64,000 nt of DNA from the NCBI RefSeq assembly GCF_001194135.2, contig NC_068981.1:86659007-86723006 (forward strand), read 5' to 3'. A model generated the notes under the pieces. It saw nothing but the letters and a program-made list of their open reading frames with translations. It was not told the origin of the DNA and searched no databases. Both the position numbers and the translations under genes were made by a program. Source of the DNA: Octopus bimaculoides. Taxonomy: Eukaryota. Positions 27,066 through 39,217 of the stretch are shown piece after piece (position 1 is the stretch's first letter; every line of letters starts with the position of its first letter).

Positions 27066-28049
27066 GTGTGTGTGTTTGCATATCTGTGTGTATGTGTGTA
27101 AAATATGTGTGTAAGTTGAAAAGTACTAACACTTGCGAAGTTGAATAGTCCTCAGTGAGAGAGGATTAAATGGACCTTACAACTCAACAGATTCTTTGCT
27201 CATTTGACAATCACTTTATAGTACATACTGGGTGCATTTTCATGACACCAGCATTAGTGAGGTCGACTTGCTAACCATTCATTTGTAGAGGGAATGTGGC
27301 TGTTTGTATTGTAGAACAAGTACGGGAGACAGAATACCTCGTACACAGTAAATGTAGTGAAAACTTATTAATCTAAAGCTGAGGAGGGGAATAGGATGGG
27401 AAGTAATGACAACAGAAATACTAGAAATGGGTTATTGAGATTGAGAGATAAGAGTATATGTGTAGGGTACTCAATAACCTAGGGTGAATACAAATACTTT
27501 TAAGGGGAGTAGGAGAGAGGGGAGAGAAAGAAGAGAGAAAGAGAAAAAGAGAGAAACAGTAAGTAAAGAAAGGGTTATGCATATACATGTAAGTGAACCA
27601 ATGAAAGAATGTAACACTCAATTCATTTAGTTGGAGTTGTAAGCATTTTGTAATAGGTTGGCTCAGCTCCATATCACTTAGAGCTTTGTGGCACAAAATA
27701 TGTTTACAACCTCAAGTGTATGTAGTCAGAGTAAAGAGAATTTAAAAGAAATTTTAAAATGGCTTCTTGGTGAGAATATCTGTGCATCCAATGGTTACTT
27801 CAAGTCATGTGAATATTTTTGCATAGCAGTGACAGCAATTCGTTCCTTATATGCTCCACGTGGTAGAGCAGACAGAATGTGATATCATGTATATGAGATG
27901 CCATAACATTTGACATTTCAGCTATGGCAGTTACCACATGGTGAGAATAATTGGTATGGCATTGCTAGGCTATATATTAGTTTGCAAGCCAAGCATGGTG
28001 GCATGGTGTAATTTTTAGAAATATAACTTGATGATAGTAGGCAACATTG

Positions 28050-29270
28050 TTATTAGGTAGAAGCAGAAATAATTTTATTGTGAATGAAGAGGGATTCTAT
28101 ACTCTACAATTGTGCATGGGCCAACTAGGTGTAGATGGTCTTCCTAGGGCATCAGTGGCAAATGATTTGACATACGTAAACAGGGTGTATTTCTGGTGGG
28201 GACAATTAGATAGATTGGTATTCTTATTGGGTGATACAGCAGAATGTTGCAGTATCTTTGCGGGGCAGAGTTGCCAATTAAGTTCCAAGTGAGTAAGGAA
28301 GGGCTTCATCAATGATGTTCCATATGTTGTTAGGGAGGTTACTTCCTTGGTCTGAGAGTTTCCATATAAAGAAGGACAGGAAGGTAGAACTTACCCTGTC
28401 CCAACACCTAAATGAGTAGATGTGTTGCATAAACCTTCCCTTGATGGATAGTGTAAGGGTGGCTCCCTAGATCACAGTCTTTGAGTGACAGGATCTACCT
28501 ACAGGTGGGATTTTGACAGTTACATTTTGGGATCTGAAGTAAAGACTGTGTGGGTGCTTGTTTGTTTTTGTTGTAGAGTGTAATGTTGGAAAATATTATC
28601 CAAGCATAAGTAGGTAAATTTAATGCTATGGGTATTAAAGAGTTTATGAAACCTTTGGGTTCTTGGGAAACACTGTCTAATTAACATCAGAATGCTTCTA
28701 GCTCTACCAGTGGAAACAGCTAGAGTGCATGGAGGATTATACCACATTACCTTTCTCTTTGTAACACTCTTTGGGTTTAGGAATGGTAGTGAAGGATCCT
28801 TCACAGATACTAATGCATTATTAAAGCTAATCATTGCTAGTACCTCATTATAATGAGGTGTAGCCCTGTTGAAGATATCTGTTTGGTCTCTGTGTGTGCC
28901 AAAATATCGACTAGATTTCAATTATAGCTTGTGGATGGTTGGAGTTTCTGTGAATATAAACAGCTTCTTTAATGGTGTAGAATTGGTTGATTTCAGGTCT
29001 AGAGTGATATCTAGGAAGTTGACCTTTGATAAGTTGGTGGTAGCAGTTACTGTTAAGCCAAAGTTTAGACGATACTTCTTAAACTTACACATGGTGTAGC
29101 CATTCTTATAGCTTGTGACAGGAAAGACAGCAACTCTGTACAGATCCCAACTGAGAGGTTGTGTATGTTTTGTAGGGTATCCAGCATGAATAAACCAATG
29201 TCATATCTCACTATGTATACATCAAACAGAGGTTGACATCCTGAGTGTACATATAGATACAAGCATTATT
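28050..29270 (-). mobile_element. degraded Penelope-like element (Poseidon-type), RT to GIY-YIG
   Basis: IGLFMLDTL, VNFLDITLDL, SNHP, KRKVMWYNPP, LFNTHSIKFTY, FIWKL...IWNIIDEALPY, CPHQK. Confidence 0.8.
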
Positions 29271-30989
29271 GTGTAATTAAGAAGCTCATTCTCCAACCTT
29301 TTGGTTATAGGTTCGGTCCCACAAGGGAAGCACCTTGGGCAAATGTCTACAACCCCAAATGACTAAGCCTCGTGGGGGAATTTGGTAGATGGAAACTGAA
29401 AGAAGCTCATTGTGCATCACCATCATCATTTAATATCTGTCTTCCATGCTGGCATAGGTTGTGTGTGTATGAGTAAGTGTGTGAGTATGTGTGTTGATAT
29501 ACATGTATGTTTACACTCCTCCTGAGTGATGTGGTGCTAATTTGACATTGCTTGTTGACACTATGACCAGTCACTCAGTGTTTTTGAAGCCCTGTGTAAT
29601 AAAGGAATCCCCTAACTTGAAAAACAAGTAGGAGTTGCTCACAGGAAGAATATTTGGCTGTAGAATCCTGCTTCTAAGAACTCTCTGTCAAAATTTATGC
29701 AAACATGGCAAAGCAGATATTAAATGAATGAATGAACAAATGAATACAATAGTTACAGAAACATCTGTTTCTTCCACCAGTTTTTCTTTACTTTCTCTCT
29801 TTAATATGTAAATATGCACATTTTCTCATTCATATCTCATATAGCTATATCTATCAATCTATCCTACACACACACACACACACACACACATATTTGGCAC
29901 ACATAGATACCAAACAGATATCTTCAACAGGGCCACACCTCATTATATGTATATACATCTGTAAATACATATGTATATATATAATATACACACATAGACA
30001 TCTAGGTATCTAAACACTCAATAGAATTTAGGACATGGAATACATTAGAAGAAATACATAGTGGTTAACTGTTCATGAATAGATTAATAGTTTCACAGTA
30101 ACTAGTATTGTTTATAAATTATCCCATTCCTTCGGTATATCTTATTCAATCAGAACGAAGCCATTATTTTATATGAGTGGATAGAGCATCATGATGTGCA
30201 AGTGTTAAGCTGTCTCCCATTGCTTTATTGACAGACAGACAGACACACACACACGAACTGGACACAGGTGGTTGCTTGTATGTTTATATATTCCCATGTT
30301 CTTGTAGCTCTGAGCTACAGACAGACATATATAAATATATCTAAGTATATATAGCTACAGTCAAATTGGCATGTAACTGTAGCTAAATGAGATATAAGCA
30401 CATATCAGTATAAATATACACCCACACATATACATACACAGGGAAAAATATTCACACACGCGCGCGCACACACACTCAATATGATGAGCTTTCTGTATAT
30501 TGTTTACCAAATTCACTCACAATACTCAGTCAACTCAGAGTGACAGTAGAAGACATCTGACCAAAGTACTGCACACTGAGACTGAACACAAAACCATGTG
30601 ATTGGAAAGTAAACTTGTAAAGCTTATAGTTCTACCTGCCATACATGAAATATAAATATAAACATGTATATGTGTGTGAGCACACATGCATCTGTGTGTA
30701 TATATATATATATGTAATAATATACATTAATATCAAACAATGAGAAAGCATACTCAACACTGCATTGGTGGATAAATACTTATTATTTGTTGGCTAATAA
30801 GATGGAAATGAGTACCAACATCCTCTGTAGCAGGCTTGATAATTGCTGAGAATTCTTGGCATGAAACCATTGGTAGCCTTGTAAACCAACAAATATAGTA
30901 AATGATAAATATATATATGAATATATTTACCCATACCAGCATGGAAGGTTGACATTAAATGATGATGATTTTATATATATATATATATC

Positions 30990-31311
30990 ACGAAATCGAA
31001 ATCGTGATGGCACCTGTGCCCAGTGTCGCCTTCCTGGCACTTGTGTCAGTGGCACATGTAAAGACATTCGAGCGAGATCGTTGCTAGTGCTGCTGGACTG
31101 GCTCCTGTGCAGGTGGCATGTAAAATACACCATTTCGAGTGTGGCTGTTGCCAGTACCACCTGACTGGCCTTCGTGCCGGTAGCACGTAAAAGCACCCAC
31201 TACACCCTCAGAGTGGTTGGCATTAGGAAGGGCATCCAGCTGTAGAAACTGTGCCAAATCAGATTGGAACCTGGTGTAGCCATCTGGTTCACCAGTCCTC
31301 AGTCAAATCGC
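30990..31311 (+). mobile_element. SINE family C with internal tandem subrepeats
   Basis: repeated GTGGCAC/ATGTAAA units, TGGTTGGCATTAGGAAGGGCATCCAGCTGTAGAAAC and CAGTCAAATCG before the gap. Confidence 0.75.
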
Positions 31312-31321
31312 NNNNNNNNNN

Positions 31322-31565
31322 ATATATAAAAGATAATAAGAGTGAAAAAACTACAGAAGGCTTGTGTTACATGGTTAAAGTATATATTTAAATTATGTCA
31401 GAAAAATGTTAGAAAAATGTTAGAAAATCTTTTTGGTATATAAACATTGTATTTTGAGCGATAACCGGTCTCGTGTTGTCTTTTCAAATTTCTCTACTTC
31501 ATTGTGTCGTGTTCGCTCCAAACAAGCCTTCTGTAGTTTTTTCACTCTTATTATCTTTTATATAT
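31322..31565. mobile_element. fold-back/MITE-like element with perfect 44-bp terminal inverted repeats
   Basis: 31322-31365 is the exact reverse complement of 31522-31565; 156-bp spacer; left arm abuts a 10-N gap. Confidence 0.6.
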
Positions 31566-31596
31566 CCAACCATGTGCTTTCACATACCAACTTTCT

Positions 31597-31639
<43 letters not shown>

Positions 31640-32449
31640 ACATAAATTCACACAGACACATATATAGAATATCTTGTGTATAGTTAGATGTATGACTACT
31701 ACTGGTAAATTTATAGCTCTGCTTAGAGTAACGCCATCCAGTCTACTTTCACATAAATGTTGAGTGAGGTTGCTACTCTATATATATATTTCAAATATAT
31801 ATATATATAAGGTATTGGTGTATCTCAGGCAACATAGTTGTGGTCTAGTACAGATATATATATATATATATATATATATACATTTTTCTGCAAGTGAATG
31901 CTCTCACTTTTGCCAACCCTAACCTGTTTACAACCAGGGTTGTATTTTCCCTTGTTCAGATGTATTTTTTCACAGGAGATTAGAAATAAGCATCATTGCC
32001 TTTTTTTTGACAATGATGCTCATTCACAATCATCACACAATGTCTAGACAAGGATAAACACAAACATACCCCTCCCACATACAAAAACACAAACACATAC
32101 ATACACATAATGCATTTATAGATGTGTGTAATTATTTCTTTTAATTCAACAGTTAATTACACTGTATAATTAACTGTTACATTAACAAGAAAATTTGAGG
32201 ATGTATCAATGTCCATATTCTTTATAACTACTTTGAAATTACACTTCCAAAAATATTCATAATCCAGTGAAGTGAACCCGGATTTACCCATCTGAAGAAT
32301 TACTGTGGGATTGCTCAGCCTAAGCGATACTTGGTTCTTCTTACTTCATGATGTGGTTAGCAATAACCCAGACTATACATCATAGCTCTTACAGTACCGA
32401 CCTGGATAATTTATTCCTATACTCTTCATATATATACACACATGTATGC

Positions 32450-32655
32450 ATTCTTTTATTCTTTTACTTGTTTCAGTCATTTGACTGTGGCCATGCTGGA
32501 GCACCACCTTAACAGTCTTAGTCAAACAAATTGACCCCAGGACTTATTCTATCAGTCTCTTTTGCTAAACTGCTAAGTTACAAAGATATAAGCACACCAG
32601 CATTGATTGTCAAATGATGGCAGGGCAACAAAATCAGACACACACACACAGATAA

Positions 32656-32703
<48 letters not shown>

Positions 32704-32860
32704 CTTCTTTCAGTTTCCATCAACAAAATCCACTCACAAGGCATTGGTCGGCTTGAGGCTAGAGTAGAATATACTTCCACAAGGTGCCACACAGTGAGAC
32801 TGTACCTGGAACCATGTGGTTGGGAAGATAGCTTCTTACCACACAGCTATGCCTGTGCCT
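32450..32860 (-). mobile_element. SINE family A, full length, CpG-decayed
   Basis: all family A blocks present; consensus CpGs appear as TG/CA. Confidence 0.85.
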
Positions 32861-33173
32861 TCTTACCACGGCCTATAACTATATATTAACTGATGAATAA
32901 CCTATTTTAAATACCCAACTGAGAGCAAACCGGTAAATGTTTGAAGTAATTGCTTATTATTTACAAATATGTATAACTGTATATATTTCATGTTATACTA
33001 AGAAGTAGTGTATAGTACCAGAATTTTCGAGTTGAGTCAAACATAACAAACTATTTCAAATTATTGTTAGATTGTCTGTATAAGTGGAGTCTGGACTGGC
33101 TAGTTTGTATTGGCATTGAGTCATATAAGTTGTAACAATAAAGTCAAACCAACAAATCCACATTTTAAAATGT

Positions 33174-33249
33174 TTTAACTGAGGAAGGTCTTACGTAATG
33201 GATGCATTTCCTATTATATATTACATAGACCTGAAATGTATGTACTAAA
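33174..33249 (+). ncRNA. type I hammerhead ribozyme motif
   Basis: TTTAA CTGAGGA AGGTCT...AGACCT GAAA TGTAT GTA CTAAA; perfect 6-bp stem II. Confidence 0.7.
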
Positions 33250-33374
33250 TTTCAAAATATCACTATTTGGTTTGACTTCATTATTACAACTTATATATAT
33301 ATACAAATAAATACATAGCAATATATATATATATATGTATATACATGTGTGTATATTATATGTGTATATGTATG

Positions 33375-33472
<98 letters not shown>

Positions 33473-33492
33473 GACGGCAAGATAAGTAGTTG

Positions 33493-33532
<40 letters not shown>

Positions 33533-33576
33533 CACGTGGCTGTAGGTATGTATTTATAAATCTGTATATATATACA

Positions 33577-33610
<34 letters not shown>

Positions 33611-34395
33611 TGTGTGTATGTATGTATCTATATGTGTGAGCGTACATATATGTATATCGTAGTTTATAAGAGGATATACATGTGTATGTATGTATGTATG
33701 TATATGTGTCAATGATTATCTTTTTTATTTCTCACCATAAGCTTCATAATAGCAGTAGATCCTGCGGTATCGCATATATACTCACATATTCACATTTATA
33801 CCCACATACACGCACATACATACGTAAGAATACACACATGATCACATATGAACACCAAAACATTGATAGACAGACACTGGCACACACGCACATTATGTCT
33901 GTTTATACGTACGTTCACTTATATTTGTTTATGTATATAGCTCATAAGAAAACATCGTTGCCAAATTTTCCAGGAAAGTGAGGTTTCTTGTTTTAATTAG
34001 TATAGCAAGTTTTAGCTACGAATTTATTTTGTCCTACGAATATATATCCTGAACTGACTATACGATCCCTTCGACCCTATTGCCATCATCAATCTCATAG
34101 ACATGAATATATATTTACTAATATGCGCGCCGACGCAACAAATCATAAAGATGTGTACAGGAATACGTAAATACAGAGAGTTTAACCAGTCAAATCAGTG
34201 TTTGTTGTGCTTTTCAGAATATATATTTGACAATAACATTGTCTTGAAAGATCTCGGATTGGAAATGAAAACAATATTGAAATCATAAATATGAAAACAG
34301 TTAATATTCTTTTCTAATTCTCATTTTTTTCCCTAGAGTAATTATAACAATACGATGACAATACTACGACAGGATATACCGGGCACAATTATTAC

Positions 34396-34420
34396 CTCGG
34401 TATTTACCTTGAGAAGTCAA
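34396..34420 (-). CDS. candidate 25-nt exon LTSQGKYR(E)
   Basis: TTTTATTTACAACTTAG| acceptor, GAG|GTAATA donor; phase 0 to 1 links the 34.6 kb and 26.9 kb candidates in frame, but other short-exon solutions exist. Confidence 0.25.
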
Positions 34421-34631
34421 CTAAGTTGTAAATAAAATGTGTTGTATGGGTGCGATGCTTGTTAATGTTGCAGTGGGTCCAAATAACAGTTGTGATAGAA
34501 TTGTGAAGTAAAAGAGATGATAGAAAGTGGTCGAATTGAATATATATGTACTATCCACATTAAAGGTAAATAAATATAAAAGAAAATAATGATAAAAAGG
34601 AGGAGAAACAATGTAATCAACAAAAACTTAC

Positions 34632-34670
34632 AGCTGTTTTACGGTTGACACCAAGCAAGGTTTTCGACAT
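34632..34670 (-). CDS. candidate first coding exon MSKTLLGVNRKTA
   Basis: ATG at 34670, 13 codons ending exactly at |GTAAGT (34631); lies in a CpG-rich patch near a GC box. Confidence 0.3.
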
Positions 34671-34779
34671 TACCACATAATGAAATAGATTGTTAATACA
34701 AGCAATACTGTCGATTGACGTGTTGAAGTATGGAAGACATTAAGCGATAAAACATTTTCAGTTTTAGTCTCGAACAAAT

Positions 34780-34789
34780 GGGCGGAGTT
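34780..34789. promoter_or_regulatory. GC box (Sp-type) in a candidate bidirectional promoter
   Basis: GGGCGGAGTT between divergent GTAAGT donors at 34631 (-) and 34894 (+). Confidence 0.3.
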
Positions 34790-35120
34790 ACGAGATGCTA
34801 TAGCTCAGTGTTGGCGAGATCGTTTATGTTGATAGGACTGAAATATATGCAACTATTACACTGGTGGGAGTATCTCGTTATTTTTCTGTTTATGTAAGTG
34901 GAGTGATATAATGTTACTCCGTGTCTGTGTGTTTGTTTTCTTTATTTCAGAATTTGTTTAGTGCGTAATCGTCTAGTCGTAGAAGAATGTGGTGTTGGCG
35001 ATTTATACGACTATGTGATGCGTATTGAAATAAAGTTATACTTTTAAAATTGGAATGTGTAAACTCAATGGAAAATTGTTGATAGTTCTATTAGCAGACG
35101 TAATGTTCCCAGGAAGTCGA

Positions 35121-35196
35121 GTTCACGACCTGGTTTCGATTCTAAGTTTAAACTATTTCAATTCTCTATGTGGTTAAATGCTCTTCAGGGAGGCCT
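35121..35196 (-). ncRNA. degenerate hammerhead motif in a PLE-like repeat end
   Basis: CTGAAGA GCATT...AATC GAAAC CAG GTC; stem I pairs poorly. Confidence 0.4.
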
Positions 35197-35991
35197 AAAA
35201 GTCACACAATCTCATCAATACCTTCATCTTTTCTCCATAAATAAGGAATTAAATTCCGTTTTTGTATTTGGTTTGCAGGATTCTTTATGTGAATTCGTGT
35301 GTTGAAGCATATTTTATTGTATCTATTTTTTTAAAAAAATTTCGTTGCTTCTTGCAATTTCTTCAATAAGGTTGCAAGAAGCAACGAGAAGTTTACAAAA
35401 AAAACAAAACAAACAAAACATGTAAATGAGTGGAAATCGATTCGGTGAGTGTGTTAATTAATAAAGCATTAAAACAGAATTACTCTCCCCAGACACAATA
35501 AAAAGGAATAACATATTTCACCACACGAAAAAGGAAAGATGAAAATGAAAAAAAAAAAAAAAAAAAAAANNNNNNNNNNNNNNNNNNNNNNNNNNNNNNN
35601 NNNNNNNNNNNNNNNNNNNNNNNNNNNNNNNNNNNNNNNNNNNNNNNNNNNNNNNNNNNNNNNNNNNNNNNNNNNNNNNNNNNNNNNNNNNNNNNNNNNN
35701 NNNNNNNNNNNNNNNNNNNNNNNNNNNNNNNNNNNNNNNNNNNNNNNNNNNNNNNNNNNNNNNNNNNNNNNNNNNNNNNNNNNNNNNNNNNNNNNNNNNN
35801 NNNNNNNNNNNNNNNNNNNNNNNNNNNNNNNNNNNNNNNNNNNNNNNNNNNNNNNNNNNNNNNNNNNNNNNNNNNNNNNNNNNNNNNNNNNNNNNNNNNN
35901 NNNNNNNNNNNNNNNNNNNNNNNNNNNNNNNNNNNNNNNNNNNNNNNNNNNNNNNNNNNNNNNNNNNNNNNNNNNNNNNNNNNNNNNNNNN

Positions 35992-36028
<37 letters not shown>

Positions 36029-36409
36029 CATACATACATTTATACACACACACACACACTCACACACACATATATATATGCATACATGTGTGTGTATGTA
36101 GTATGTATATTTATATATATGTATATATACACATGCATACATACACACATTTAGCGAGCTAAATAGATAGATAAATAAATAAATAGATAGATAGATACAT
36201 ACATACATACATGCATACATACATATATACATTCAAAAGTGCATAGTATAAGTATATTGACGCCTACGTATGTGTGTATATATATCTACACATATGAGTG
36301 TGGGTGCGTATATGTGCGTCTATATAGGTATATGCATTAATAAATACATACATATACATTCACACATACATACTTACACACACACACATACACACACATT
36401 TTTATATAT

Positions 36410-36760
36410 TCTTTTATTCCAGTCATTTGACTGGGGCCATGCTGGAGTACCACCTTTTAGTTGAAGAAATCAACCTCTGGACTTATTCTTTGTAAGTCTG
36501 GTACTTATTCTATTGGTCCCTTCTGCCAAACCGCTAATGATACGGGGATGTAGACACACCAAGCTATGGTGGGGGGGGGGGCAAACACAGGCACAAAGAC
36601 ATACACATAAATATAGATACATATATATAATGGGCGTCTACCAAATCCACTCACAAGACTATAGTAGACGACACTTATCCCAGGTATCACGCTGTGGGAC
36701 TGAACCTGGAACCATGTGACTGGGAAGCAAGCTTCTTAGCACACAGCCACGCCTGCGCCT
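36410..36760 (-). mobile_element. SINE family A
   Basis: tail, middle and head blocks on the minus strand. Confidence 0.85.
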
Positions 36761-36778
36761 TACATATATATATATAAT

Positions 36779-36927
36779 AGGTGCAAGGGTGGCTGTGTGA
36801 TAAGTTGCTTGCTCTGGGTTCAGTCCCACTGCATGGCACCTTGGGCCAGTGTCTTCTACTAAAGCCTCAGGCTGACCAAAGCCTTGTGAGTGGATTTGGT
36901 AGATGGAAACTGAAAGAAGCAAGTTGC

Positions 36928-36959
<32 letters not shown>

Positions 36960-37145
36960 TGGTCTCCCCACTATCGCTTGACAACCGATGTTGGTGTGTT
37001 TACGTTCCCGTAACTTAGCGGCTCGGCAAAAGAGACGAATAGAATAAGTACTAGGCTGACAAAGAATAAGTCCTGGAGTCGATTTGTTCGACTAAAGACA
37101 GTCGTCTAGCATGGCCGCAGTCAAAAGACTGAAACAAATAAAAGA
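36779..37145 (+). mobile_element. SINE family A, head-to-head with the previous copy
   Basis: AGGTGCAAGGGTGGCTGTGTG head through GACTGAAACAAATAAAAG tail. Confidence 0.85.
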
Positions 37146-37150
37146 AAAAA

Positions 37151-37187
<37 letters not shown>

Positions 37188-37787
37188 TGCCCTCATAAAT
37201 ACAAGAACACACACACAAACGTATACATACATACACAAACACAAACCAACTGGCATGGATCATCAAGTTAGACATTCTTGTAATGTATGAAAAGATATTA
37301 CAATACCATAAAGTACAACAAATTGAATGTAGAGGGACTGGTTTCATTGAAATGTGTATTAGGCAACCGCATTGAATACACTCGCATATGAAACTATTTA
37401 TACCACTTACACAATTGTGTAGGTTTATAAATTTGTAATTTCCTGACAAAAAAAAAATGACAAAATGAAAATGCAGATGGCATATCTATGTAGTGTCATT
37501 ACAGACGTTATGTGTATAACTGGCTGTGTTGGGACATATGTGTGTGTACAAGATATATTTATGCTAGTATATGTTTATACATACAAACATATATATACAT
37601 ATGTGTGTGTGTATGTAATTGTGTGAATACAGATATTTAAATTTATATATATATATATGTATGTATGTATGTATTTGTATTATGTGTATGTATATATAAT
37701 AATATATATATATGCATATGTGTGTGTGTATATATAATTATATATATATATACATACATATGTGTGTGTATATATATATGCGTGCGT

Positions 37788-37822
<35 letters not shown>

Positions 37823-37894
37823 CATACATATGTGTGTATATATATATATCCACACACGCAGATATTTACGTATTAACCCATTTAGATATGTGTC

Positions 37895-37930
<36 letters not shown>

Positions 37931-37944
37931 CACACACACATACA

Positions 37945-38168
37945 CACTGCCCACAGGGAGCTAAACATAGAGGGGTCCAACAAGGACAGACAAAGGGATT
38001 AAGTCGATTATATCGACCCCAGTGCGTAACTGGTACTTATTTTTCGACCCCAAAAGGATGAGAAGCAAAGTTGATCTCGGTCGAATTTGAGTTCTGAACA
38101 TAACGGCAAACGAAATACCGTTAAGCATTTCGCCCGGTGCGCTAACGATTCTGCCAGCTTGCTGCCCT
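37945..38168 (-). mobile_element. SINE family B with the long (Tx1-like) tail
   Basis: near-identical to 49907-50138 and 56779-57012. Confidence 0.85.
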
Positions 38169-38434
38169 ATACATATACATATATTGTATATATCGTCATT
38201 GTTTTAATGTCTACTTTTTCATGCTAGCATGGGTTGGATGGAATTCATTGTCATGGATTCCTTAAAGCCCAATGGCATTCTTATTGCCAACCTTCATCGG
38301 CTTCTCAGCAAAGTAATACTTGCTCATGGTTGGACATCTTTTCAGGGAAAATTGGCAACAAAAGACACCATTTGTGTTGCACATTTTGATACATGAACAC
38401 ACACAGACACACATACATATATGTACATATCTAT

Positions 38435-38472
<38 letters not shown>

Positions 38473-39173
38473 GTAAGTATGTATATATAAATAGATAGCT
38501 AATATATATATATATATATATATANNNNNNNNNNNNNNNNNNNNNNNNNNNNNNNNNNNNNNNNNNNNNNNNNNNNNNNNNNNNNNNNNNNNNNNNNNNN
38601 NNNNNNNNNNNNNNNNNNNNNNNNNNNNNNNNNNNNNNNNNNNNNNNNNNNNNNNNNNNNNNNNNNNNNNNNNNNNNNNNNNNNNNNNNNNNNNNNNNNN
38701 NNNNNNNNNNNNNNNNNNNNNNNNNNNNNNNNNNNNNNNNNNNNNNNNNNNNNNNNNNNNNNNNNNNNNNNNNNNNNNNNNNNNNNNNNNNNNNNNNNNN
38801 NNNNNNNNNNNNNNNNNNNNNNNNNNNNNNNNNNNNNNNNNNNNNNNNNNNNNNNNNNNNNNNNNNNNNNNNNNNNNNNNNNNNNNNNNNNNNNNNNNNN
38901 NNNNNNNNNNNNNNNNNNNNNNNNNNNNNNNNNNNNNNNNNNNNNNNNNNNNNNNNNNNNNNNNNNNNNNNNNNNNNNNNNNNNNNNNNNNNNNNNNNNN
39001 NNNNNNNNNNNNNNNNNNNNNNNNNNNNNNNNNNNNNNNNNNNNNNNNNNNNNNNNNNNNNNNNNNNNNNNNNNNNNNNNNNNNNNNNNNNNNNNNNNNN
39101 NNNNNNNNNNNNNNNNNNNNNNNNNNNNNNNNNNNNNNNNNNNNNNNNNNNNNNNNNNNNNNNNNNNNNNNNN

Positions 39174-39209
<36 letters not shown>

Positions 39210-39217
39210 CATAAATA

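Noticed and set aside
27400-27900. Possible further PLE 3' end on the minus strand
   Set aside because: Motifs too eroded to call
34951-35046. LVVEECGVGDLYDYV, resembling a kinase hinge
   Set aside because: Short frame ending in a stop with no donor, and in the wrong order relative to the 7.9 kb peptide
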